A stretch of 64,000 nt of DNA from Microcoleus sp. (GTDB lineage Bacteria; Cyanobacteriota; Cyanobacteriia; Cyanobacteriales; Microcoleaceae), in NCBI GenBank assembly GCA_052279835.1, contig CP181291.1, positions 4,736,001-4,800,000 of the forward strand. The letters are read 5' to 3'. The notes below the pieces were generated by a model, which saw nothing but the letters and a program-made list of their open reading frames with translations, did not search any database and had not been told where the DNA came from. Numbering within the stretch: position 1 is the first letter of the stretch; each line of letters begins with the position of its first letter. Positions 1-8,366 of the stretch are shown piece by piece. The translations under genes were made by a program, and so were the position numbers.

Positions 1-203
1 CGACGCTCACGGTCAGCAGCATAAGCTATACAAGCTTTTAAATCTTCTCGTGTCAAATCTGGAAAATCGTCGAGAATTTCTGCTTCGGTCATCTCGGAAG
101 CCAGGTACTCAAGCACTTCATAAACCGTAATTCGCAAGCCGCGTACACAAGGCTTACCACCGCGTTTATTTGCCTCGATCGTGATGTGGTTTCGGTAGTT
201 CAT
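1..203 (-). CDS. DUF433 family protein (antitoxin-like), runs off the window edge
   Basis: Manual translation from ATG at 203 gives MNYRNHITIEANKRGGKPCVRGLRITVYEVLEYLASEMTEAEILDDFPDLTREDLKACIAYAADRER, which has the DUF433 GKPxxRGxRI and FPxLTxED motifs. Confidence 0.85.
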   Translation of the reverse strand, partial: MNYRNHITIEANKRGGKPCVRGLRITVYEVLEYLASEMTEAEILDDFPDLTREDLKACIAYAADRER

Positions 204-247
204 AGTTTGATATGGGATTTTTAGCAGACCAGTTTAGAGAACAGATT

Positions 248-607
248 TCAGTCCAAGACGAGCAACACTACATTAGTTCCTGCCCTATAGCGTTCGACAT
301 ATTTTCCTCTAACGCCACCCTTCATCTTACTAAAATTATACTCAGGACGTAACTCGTCCTCTAGCTCTTGATTATTCTCCATCTTCATAAAATCTCCGCT
401 CATTTCGGGTTGCCTCTCGCGCACTGATAATCCGAACGCGATCTTCTCGATCTGTTCGTGTTTGTTTTCGTAGACTTCAACTAAGGTGACTAATATTTCT
501 AATCGATCGAATTCTGGAGTTCCTTGAGGAGCTTCAAACAAACGCTCTATTTCTTTCAGCGATGCTTTGTAATCTTCTTGGCTTCTAATAGGTTGTAGGC
601 TGTACAT
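248..607 (-). pseudogene. Chimeric toxin-antitoxin relic: HigA-like N-terminus, out-of-frame BrnT tail, BrnA-like fragment
   Basis: N-terminal PIRSQEDYKASLKEIERLF..FDRLEILVTLVEVYE with no HTH. Another frame at ~372-455 reads DRVRIISAREATRNERRFYE*. The ORF ends in EDELRPEYNFS..GVRGKY. Confidence 0.6.
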
Positions 608-1219
608 AAATCATTTGCGAATTTCTTGCTCCCTCCCCTTACTAAGGGGAGGGCTGGGGTGGGGTCAAAAATTTACGATTCATTTAGGATTGCTATATGA
701 CTCCATACTAAACCGCATCAGGCGATCGCTCGAAAACAATTTCTTCATAGAATTGCTCGATCGCCAAACTCAATCCAATACTTTTAAGCTCAACGCGATC
801 GCCCGATCTATAGCTCAGAATCAACCAATCCCCCGCATCATTTCTGTGATAAATATCGATCGCCATCTCATCAGAACTCACTAAAACATAATCAACCAAA
901 TTCGGATTGCGGCGATATTTGTCAAACTTCTTGCCTCGGTCGTAAGCCTCGGTACTATCCCATAAAACCTCAACGATTAAGCAGGGATAGGTAATATATT
1001 GAGGGCTAGAATTATCTCGCCGATCGCAAGTGACACTCAGATCGGGATAGGTATAGTTGCTAGTATTGAGGATATTTACGCGGCAGTCAGAATTGTATGT
1101 TTTACAACCACTACCCCGCAGATGGGGCTTGATCGTCAGTAAAAAGTTTCCCGCGATATCACTGTGATTTCTAGTGCCGCCACTCATCGCATATACGCGA
1201 CCATCGATTATAGCCTTTC

Positions 1220-2176
1220 TCAGATAGATGAGGTGCAATAACAGCAGTGAGTAAACCAATTCCACAGGTCTTGCTCATCAATTTGCTCAAATGCGCTTAC
1301 TATCGCCGAGTCTAATGCTTGATAGGTTCTCGCACCAAAAGTACGGAGAAGATACTTCAGCTTTGACCATACATTTTCAATTGGCGAAAAGTCGGGAGAA
1401 TACGGGGGTAAAAATATTAACTTTGCTCCCGCTTTCTTAATGGCTTTTTCTATTTCTTCCCCTTTGTGAATACTATAGTTGTCCATCAATACACAAGCAC
1501 CTTTCCAGAGTTTTGGCACAAGTTTTCTGATGATAAAAGCCTCAAAAGTAATCCCATCTATTGAGCCTAATAAATTCACTGATGTCAGCAGTTTTTTGAC
1601 AGATATTGCTCCCAATATCGAGACATTTTTGCCACGTCTATTTGGTTTAGGCCCAAGGGCTCTTGAGCCTTTTAACGACCGGGCATATAATCTAACCATA
1701 GCTAGATTAACCCCCGACTCATCAATAAATATTAAATTATTCATATTCAGATTTCGGATTTGCTGCCAGAACTCATATCGAAGGTTTTGAACTCTGTCAC
1801 TGCCTTTAGCTGAGGGGAAGAGAGTTTTTTTTTTGTAAGTTATGTTCAACCGTTGTGCCATTCTTCCCATTGTAGCCCTACTGATATTTACGCCGATTTT
1901 TTGCTCGAGTAAATGACAGAGTTCTTCGAGGGTGGCATCGTTATTTTTTTCAATTAATTCCGCTAAAATAACCAGTTGTTCAGGTTTGAGTTTAAGTAGG
2001 CCCCCGCATCGATGAGTTTGAGGGGCAATACTTTGGGTTTGGCGATACTGTTTAAGCAATTTTTGAACGAAGCTAGTCGCCACACAAAACCGCTTGGCTA
2101 TTTGTCTTTGTGAGATGGGCTCACTATGGTAAACATTAATTATTTTTTGTCGAAAGTCAATAGAATAAGATTTCAT
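1220..2176 (-). CDS. IS630 transposase (single in-frame ORF in this copy)
   Basis: MKSYSIDFRQKI HTH start, FIDESG, MDNYSIH and LPPYSPDFSPIE DDE motifs. Confidence 0.93.
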   Translation of the reverse strand: MKSYSIDFRQKIINVYHSEPISQRQIAKRFCVATSFVQKLLKQYRQTQSIAPQTHRCGGLLKLKPEQLVILAELIEKNNDATLEELCHLLEQKIGVNISRATMGRMAQRLNITYKKKTLFPSAKGSDRVQNLRYEFWQQIRNLNMNNLIFIDESGVNLAMVRLYARSLKGSRALGPKPNRRGKNVSILGAISVKKLLTSVNLLGSIDGITFEAFIIRKLVPKLWKGACVLMDNYSIHKGEEIEKAIKKAGAKLIFLPPYSPDFSPIENVWSKLKYLLRTFGARTYQALDSAIVSAFEQIDEQDLWNWFTHCCYCTSSI

Positions 2177-2215
2177 TTTTAGTAAGGTGTGATGCTTTTT
2201 ACAATCAGGGAATAG

Positions 2216-2352
2216 CTGTGACCCGATCGACTGCTTTTGGCGATCGACTGCTGTGACCCGATCGACTGCTTTTGGCGATCGACTGCTTTTGGCGATCGAC
2301 TGCTGTGACCCGATCGACTGCTGTGACCCGATCGACTGCTGTGACCCGATCG
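2216..2352. repeat. Tandem array of 17/18-bp CGATCG-containing units inside the IS630 leader
   Basis: Units GCTGTGACCCGATCGACT (A) and GCTTTTGGCGATCGACT (B) in the order ABABBAAA (last unit partial). Confidence 0.9.
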
Positions 2353-2708
2353 GGGCTTCAATCACAAGATTGAATTAGAGCTGTGCGATCTTTTTGAACT
2401 AAATATTTTCCACTCTGTTCTTGTCAGTTACATTGTATCTCATCTACCTGAGAAAGGCTATAGCTCATGTTTTTCTAACTGTTTCTCCTCCCAAGCAAAA
2501 TACTCTTCAGGCGTAAAGTACCGCTCCTGCTCTTTAGCTGCAATCATAACAATCTCCTAATTTAATTGCTCTCTAGCGATCCTAAATCATTTGCATAATT
2601 CTTGTAGGGGCTCGCTTGCCCCGTGGTTGCCCAATCCCTCGGAGGGCGGGCACTCTTGGCACCGCCCCTACATATCTGTATGAATGATTTAGGATTGCTC
2701 TATCAATT

Positions 2709-3293
2709 TTAAGGTGTTGTTTCTGGAGTAAGGTCAAGGCCGCGATAGACTTGTTCGATCGCAAAACTGAGATTGATGCTTTTGAGTTCTATAGTGTCGC
2801 CTGCTTGGTAGTTAATAATGAGCCACTCACCAGCGTCATTTTTATGATACAAGTCCATTTCGATGCTGGTGGAACTGACTAATAAATAATCTTGTAAGAC
2901 TGGATTTTTGCGATACATTCTAAATTTGCCACCTCTGTCATAGGATTCGGTGCTAGGCGAAAGAACTTCAACGATTAGGCAAGGGTAGGTAATGTATTGG
3001 GTTGTGGTTTTATCGCGATCGTCGCAGGTGACGCTGGCATCGGGGTAAGTGTAGTTACTAGATTCAAAAATATTAATTTTGACATCAGAATTACCTGTTA
3101 TGCAACCGCTATTTTCTAAATGACTATCGAACATACCAGTAAGCCTAATGGCAATGCGACCGTGATTGACGCTGCCGCCACTCATGGCGTAGACTTGACC
3201 GTCGATATACTCATGCTTTTCTAGCTGCTTTTCTTCCCAGGCGAAGTATTCTTCTGGGGTAAGTTGGGGAAAGTTTTCTTTTGCAGCGACCAT
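2709..3293 (-). CDS. Uma2 (DUF820) family endonuclease
   Basis: TPEEYFAWEE, HEYIDG, YPD and LIVEVLSPSTESYDRGGKF motifs; paralog of the adjacent interrupted gene. Confidence 0.93.
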   Translation of the reverse strand: MVAAKENFPQLTPEEYFAWEEKQLEKHEYIDGQVYAMSGGSVNHGRIAIRLTGMFDSHLENSGCITGNSDVKINIFESSNYTYPDASVTCDDRDKTTTQYITYPCLIVEVLSPSTESYDRGGKFRMYRKNPVLQDYLLVSSTSIEMDLYHKNDAGEWLIINYQAGDTIELKSINLSFAIEQVYRGLDLTPETTP

Positions 3294-3452
3294 TTTTTTA
3301 GGTAATAGGTAGTAGGTAATGGGTAATGGAGTTTATTTGTATTCCCTATTTTAGTCTCGCGCAAACATTTTTTGCAGGAAGTCTTTTTAGAATAATTTGG
3401 ACAGTTTTTAAAGAGGGATGCGATCGCCAACATCCCGCAAACCGCCAAAGTT

Positions 3453-4412
3453 TTACTCTTCCACCCGATAGCCCAATTCTGCTAAACGAGTCCGAGACTG
3501 CCGCCATTTCGGTTGCACCTTGACAAATAGCTCCAAATATACTTTACCCTCAATCAACTTTTGAATCTGTTCGCGGGCCGCACTGCCGATCGCCTTTAGC
3601 ATAGTGCCGCTCTTACCGATTAAAATCCCTTTTTGGGAGTCCCGTTCGACGTGAATTGAAGCGAGAATGCGAGTGATTTTTGGTTCTTCTTCCACAACTT
3701 CGATCGCGATGGCTACAGAATGCGGTACTTCCTCCCGCGTTTGCAACAAAATCTGTTCCCGAATCAACTCACCCATGATAAAGCGTTCCGGCTGGTCAGT
3801 CACCAAATCCGGCGGATAATAATAAGGCCCAACGTCCAAATGTTCGACTAATAATTTTTGCAGCGACTCCACACCCTCGCCAGTTAGAGCCGAAAACTTG
3901 ACCACAGGCCACTGAGGATTGACAATTTGCTCGTAAGTGCGATCGATTAACACGGAATCAGGAGGCTGTTCGTCCAACTTATTCAGCCCCAAAATCACCG
4001 GCACCTCCGTATTGCTGAGGATTTCCACAATATATCGATCGCCCCCACCAGACTCCACCGAGCCATCCACCACAAATAACACTAAATCGACCGATTGAAT
4101 CGCCGTTCGAGCATTTTGGACCAAAACCTTACCCAATTGGTGGTGAGGCTTGTGAATTCCCGGAGTATCCACAAAAATTATTTGTGCCTCATCCGTAGTC
4201 AAAATACCCCGCAGTCGATTGCGAGTCGTCTGAGAAACCGGCGAAGTAATCGCAATTTTCTGCCCCACCAACAGATTCATCAGGGTTGACTTCCCCACAT
4301 TCGGGCGCCCGACAATCGCCACAAACCCCGATTTGTAACCCGCAGGAGCCGCGGGAACACTCATAACTTCTGATAAGTCTATAATCTTGCTATCTTCCAC
4401 TAAAATCACCAA
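3453..4412 (-). CDS. era: GTPase Era (start uncertain)
   Basis: GRPNVGKS, QTTRN, DTPG, NKLD and C-terminal KH domain (REEVPHS, ILIGKSG). Confidence 0.97.
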   Translation of the reverse strand: MVILVEDSKIIDLSEVMSVPAAPAGYKSGFVAIVGRPNVGKSTLMNLLVGQKIAITSPVSQTTRNRLRGILTTDEAQIIFVDTPGIHKPHHQLGKVLVQNARTAIQSVDLVLFVVDGSVESGGGDRYIVEILSNTEVPVILGLNKLDEQPPDSVLIDRTYEQIVNPQWPVVKFSALTGEGVESLQKLLVEHLDVGPYYYPPDLVTDQPERFIMGELIREQILLQTREEVPHSVAIAIEVVEEEPKITRILASIHVERDSQKGILIGKSGTMLKAIGSAAREQIQKLIEGKVYLELFVKVQPKWRQSRTRLAELGYRVEE

Positions 4413-4853
4413 TATTCAATCCAGCCCCTTCTCCACCCATTCTCGCCTGAAAATGGTAAAACGACAATTCGATCGAGAAGGAAACAGCAACAGCGAAGAT
4501 TTTCTTGACATCCACAGCATCTCGCCATCTCGGCATCTCGCCATCTCCTCATCCCAAAGCTTGATATCTGAGACAAAATTTGATAAAGTTCCCACAGGCA
4601 TCGCTCAAAAATCAAGAATTATGCTCAAACCCAGTTCCCCAACCTGTCAAAAATTCAGACCAGTCAAAATCTAACTGAACTGAAACCATTTTACAGTTGG
4701 TCTGGGAAGGCAGTTTGAAAATTTTCAGGGATGTGTGGTAATCAATTAAGTGGCTGAAACTAACACAAAAAGCTCATGATTAACAGCTTGTTTTTAATGA
4801 GAAACTAAGGTTTGTGGAGTCCACCTAATTAGTGTTCCTATAAAGTTGAGGAG

Positions 4854-5282
4854 ATGAATCGAATGAAATCGAAATTATTTTGGAGTTGCTGCACCGTTTT
4901 GGTAGCCAGCTTGCCGATGCCCAGCTTCGCTCAAACCAAGGCTGAAGTAGGTTTTGACTACAAAGCTGGCCCGATGAAGTATCAAGTCCTACCGGGCGGA
5001 ATCCCTGACAGAAGCTTGCCCAAAGCCTTTGATTTTCCAATTATTACCAATGTTGCTACTGATACTAGCATCACCACCGATTATTTAATTACCGATCAGT
5101 TTCGCGCCCCAGCGACTCGCTCAGAATACACTTCGGCTCTCAACACCTGGTCAGAAGCAGTGAAAGAATGTCTTCGCAAGCAGCCTCGATTGATCCGAGC
5201 CAGTACCAAAAACCCAGTTCAAATTAATGGCAAAGTAGGCACGATTGTCAGAAACGCAAATAACCGTGCTGTTTGCAAATAA
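4854..5282 (+). CDS. Hypothetical secreted protein
   Basis: GAGGAG RBS, signal peptide ending SFA-Q, followed by a hairpin at ~5328-5370. Confidence 0.75.
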   Translation: MNRMKSKLFWSCCTVLVASLPMPSFAQTKAEVGFDYKAGPMKYQVLPGGIPDRSLPKAFDFPIITNVATDTSITTDYLITDQFRAPATRSEYTSALNTWSEAVKECLRKQPRLIRASTKNPVQINGKVGTIVRNANNRAVCK

Positions 5283-5458
5283 GCTAGTAGACTCTGCTAC
5301 TTAGCAACAACAAATCAAGGGCATTTTTAAACAAAAAGAGCAGTAGAAAAGCTATGGCTCTTTTTGTTTGCTAAATTTCCCTAAATCAATAGTGAGCAAG
5401 CGGTTGAAATCGGAACCAGTAGCTCATCTATCTGCAAAAGGCTCTATTCAAGTCCCTA

Positions 5459-5776
5459 TCAAGTAGCGCAAAATTCATTGGTACTGAGCAAAATTTCGCC
5501 ATAATCAGGAATCCAAGCCAGCCATTTTTCTTCCGAACACTCACACAAAAGCCATGCTTCGTCAAAGCTGAAGGCTGTTGGCGGATTGAATAATCTTACC
5601 CAAGTAGAAGCGGCAAATTTGGGTGGTGGTGTTGAGGGGCGCGAACCAAATTTTTCCCACTCCCGCCCACTCGCGACCCTTGCTTGGGTTGATTGAGGTA
5701 GCCCAGCACAAATATCGGTTTCTAGTTTCATCTCAAACCTCCTGTCGAGGGAAGAGTCTGCACTAGGGCTTGCCAC
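5459..5776 (-). CDS. Hypothetical protein (start uncertain)
   Basis: C-terminal WVRL..FSFDEAWLLC...WLAWIPDYGE resembles a small conserved cyanobacterial protein. Confidence 0.55.
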   Translation of the reverse strand: MASPSADSSLDRRFEMKLETDICAGLPQSTQARVASGREWEKFGSRPSTPPPKFAASTWVRLFNPPTAFSFDEAWLLCECSEEKWLAWIPDYGEILLSTNEFCAT

Positions 5777-5978
5777 AGAGCAAAACGACAGCGCAGAACC
5801 TACTTATATGTATTTTATGATACAGATTTCTAGCGTAAATTGTGCTTTTTTGTAGTAAAACTTAACAGTCTGGAGTAAAAATCGGATCGAAGCTACAAAA
5901 ATCCTGTGGCTTTGGTACGATCGCCAAGAATCAATTACCATCACAAAAACCTCTAATCTTCTGACCAAAAATTACAAC

Positions 5979-6539
5979 ATGAATTCAGAGACCAAACCCC
6001 ACTGGAAAACCCTAGACCGGTTTATAGAAATCAACTCCGATTGGGTAAAACTAATCGGCGAACATCTGGAAACATCCGAAGGGAAAACCCTCGAATATTG
6101 GCGGGTAGAAAGGGCAGATTCAGTGGTAATTTTGACAGTTCAAGATGAGAAATTGCTGTTTCCAGTACCAATGTATCGCCCCGGTGTGGGAGAAGCAACC
6201 CTGGATTTTCCCGGTGGTCGCGTACCTGCTGGAGTAACAGCAGCCGACGCAGTTCCAGCTATAATCAAAAGGGAATTAGGAGTGTCAGAAAGTGCGATCG
6301 CCCAACTAAAACCCATTAATGCGATCGGATGGGCAATTAACAGTTCATTCTCCAATCAAAAACTCTACGGTTTTGTAGCAGAATTGCACCCTCAAGCAAC
6401 AGTAAATTCCGCAAATATCGGTGCTGCATATTCAATCACACCAGCAGGAATTAGGGATTTATTAAAATATTTAACTTGTCTCCAATGTCGAGCATTATTG
6501 TTAGAATGGCAACATATGCACCCAATTAACTCTTTGTAG
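5979..6539 (+). CDS. NUDIX hydrolase-like protein
   Basis: YRPGVGEATLDFPGG...IIKRELG, a degenerate Nudix box. Confidence 0.8.
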   Translation: MNSETKPHWKTLDRFIEINSDWVKLIGEHLETSEGKTLEYWRVERADSVVILTVQDEKLLFPVPMYRPGVGEATLDFPGGRVPAGVTAADAVPAIIKRELGVSESAIAQLKPINAIGWAINSSFSNQKLYGFVAELHPQATVNSANIGAAYSITPAGIRDLLKYLTCLQCRALLLEWQHMHPINSL

Positions 6540-6598
6540 AATAGGCCGGAAAGCCTGTTATTAACTAATCATACAAACCAATATCACTGAAATTACCC

Positions 6599-7354
6599 AT
6601 GGCTTCCCAGAATGAAGTTGCTGTCCAATGCTTCGATGTCACCTATCGCCTCAACCGCCGCAATTTAGTAGAAAACCTCAATTTCAAAGTGCTGCAAGGA
6701 GAAGTTTTGGTCTTGTTGGGGCGCAGCGGTAGCGGTAAAACTACCACGATGAAATTGATTAACAATCTGCTGACACCAAGCAGTGGCGAAATTACTGTCA
6801 TGGGAAAACCCACAACTCAGTGGAACTCCATTCAACTGCGGCGAAAAATTGGCTACGTCATTCAAGAAATCGGTTTGTTTCCCCATTTTACAGTGGAGCA
6901 AAATATCGGTTTAGTGCCAAAATTGGAAGGTTGGGAGGGCGATCGCATTCAATCTCGCGTCCATCAACTGCTAGAATTAGTCAATCTCGACCCCCAGCAC
7001 TTCGCCAAACGCTATCCCAGCCAATTATCCGGCGGACAGCGACAGCGAGTGGGGGTTGCTAGGGCGCTAGCGGCGGACCCTCCCGTGCTATTAATGGATG
7101 AACCGTTTGGTGCTTTAGACCCCATTACTCGCCTGGAATTGCAGCGGGAATTCTATAAATTGCAGCAGCAACTCGGCAAAACTGTGATTTTCGTGACTCA
7201 TAGTATTCAAGAAGCTTTTTTGTTAGCTTCGCGAATTGGTTTGATGCAAGATGGACGGTTGGTTGAGTTGGCTTCTCCTGATGATTTTATGAAATCTCAG
7301 CAACCAGAGGCGATCGCCTTTTTGGAATGTTTGCAATTACCTGGAACTGGATAA
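6599..7354 (+). CDS. Osmoprotectant (glycine betaine/proline-type) ABC transporter ATP-binding subunit
   Basis: GRSGSGKT, LRRKIGYVIQ, LSGGQRQR and MDEPFGALDPITR. Confidence 0.93.
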   Translation: MASQNEVAVQCFDVTYRLNRRNLVENLNFKVLQGEVLVLLGRSGSGKTTTMKLINNLLTPSSGEITVMGKPTTQWNSIQLRRKIGYVIQEIGLFPHFTVEQNIGLVPKLEGWEGDRIQSRVHQLLELVNLDPQHFAKRYPSQLSGGQRQRVGVARALAADPPVLLMDEPFGALDPITRLELQREFYKLQQQLGKTVIFVTHSIQEAFLLASRIGLMQDGRLVELASPDDFMKSQQPEAIAFLECLQLPGTG

Positions 7355-7430
7355 TTAATAATAACGGCTGTAGGGACACGGCAGTGCCGTGTCCGGCAAA
7401 GATCGTGGATTAGGACACTCCAAGAGCCCA

Positions 7431-7635
7431 AAGCGTGTCAACTTAAGCTGTCAGCCCGCCAAGTTCATTGGTCATCCCGCGAGTCCGACAGGGGTTGAAA
7501 CCCCTGTCTAATAGAAGACAGTCCTCTCAAAGAGGACTAAAGAGTTCTTCAGTCCTCTTTGAGAGGACTTGCGCTTTGAGGCAGGGGTTTCAACCCCTGC
7601 CGGACTATTGGTTCTACCTTAAGTTGACACCTATG
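7431..7635. mobile_element. MITE-like element inside a GTAG-type REP-like palindrome
   Basis: Ends GTGTCAACTTAAG / CTTAAGTTGACAC with internal AGTCCTC..GAGGACT hairpins; related elements at 12632-14435 and ~20303-20497. Confidence 0.7.
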
Positions 7636-7677
7636 GGCATTGCCGTGTCCCTACACAATTCCAATTACCAAATACCA

Positions 7678-8322
7678 ATGATACAATTTATCAATCGTTA
7701 TGGCTCAGAAATTCTTCATCGTGCTCTGGAACACTTGTATTTAGTAACAATTGCCATTGCGATCGCGATTGCCTTGGGTATTCCCCTGGGTATTTTAATC
7801 ACGAGAAAACCGCAGTTAAAAAAGACTATTTTGGGTTTTGCCAATATCATGCAAACTATTCCCAGTTTAGCATTATTTGGCTTGCTAATTCCCGTACCGA
7901 TTATAGGCGGCATAGGCGATCGCACAGCCATCATTGCGCTGACTTTGTATTCTTTGCTGCCAATTATCCGCAATACTTATACTGGTATTATGGGTGTCGA
8001 TCCTGCGATTCGGGAAGCTGGGAAAGGCATGGGTATGACTGATTGGCAATTGCTGTTGCAAGTGGAAATTCCGTTGTCAATGGGGGTGATTTTGGCGGGG
8101 GTGCGAGTTGCTGCGGTAATTGCGATCGGGCTCGCTACAATTGCGGCTGCGATCGGTGCCGGCGGTTTGGGGGTATTTATTTTTCGGGGTGTGGCGACAG
8201 TGAATAATCAGTTACTTTTTGCTGGGGCAATTCCGGCTGCTTTGATGGCGCTAGCTGCTGATTTTGGGTTGGGTTTGATTGAACAACGGCTGTCGAAAAG
8301 TGAGATGAAAACTATCAATTAA
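7678..8322 (+). CDS. Osmoprotectant ABC transporter permease
   Basis: QTIPSLALFG, LLPIIRNTYTG, EAA loop (EAGKGMGMT) and IGAGGLG. The longer upstream ORF extension is repeat-derived. Confidence 0.93.
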   Translation: MIQFINRYGSEILHRALEHLYLVTIAIAIAIALGIPLGILITRKPQLKKTILGFANIMQTIPSLALFGLLIPVPIIGGIGDRTAIIALTLYSLLPIIRNTYTGIMGVDPAIREAGKGMGMTDWQLLLQVEIPLSMGVILAGVRVAAVIAIGLATIAAAIGAGGLGVFIFRGVATVNNQLLFAGAIPAALMALAADFGLGLIEQRLSKSEMKTIN

Positions 8323-8366
8323 GCCAATCTGTCAAGTTAGGTGAGTGGAGATTTTGCACTCCTTAA

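Larger units (their letters stand above)
1211..2460 (-). mobile_element. IS630-family insertion sequence, copy 1
   Basis: Terminal inverted repeats TAGCCTTTCTCAG(A/G)TAGATGAG, TA target duplication at 1209-1210 and 2461-2462, near-identical copy at 58606-59852. Confidence 0.95.
708..2547 (-). pseudogene. Uma2 (DUF820) endonuclease gene interrupted by IS630
   Basis: 5' part is 2547-2461 (MIAAKEQERYFTPEEYFAWEEKQLEKHEL) and 3' part is 1208-708. Removing the IS and one TA restores in-frame EKHELIDGRVYAMSGG. YPD and LIVEV motifs present. Confidence 0.92.

Noticed and set aside
2216..2352. Possible CRISPR array (also 48123-48256 and 59609-59743)
   Set aside because: Units are directly adjacent with no unique spacers, and no cas genes are present
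2177..2365. N-terminal extension of the IS630 ORF (QQSIGS repeats)
   Set aside because: Translation of the tandem array; the family-like start is MKSYS at 2176
7468..7677. N-terminal extension of the permease (similarly 14424-14498 and 44307-44369)
   Set aside because: Derived from MITE, REP or heptamer repeats
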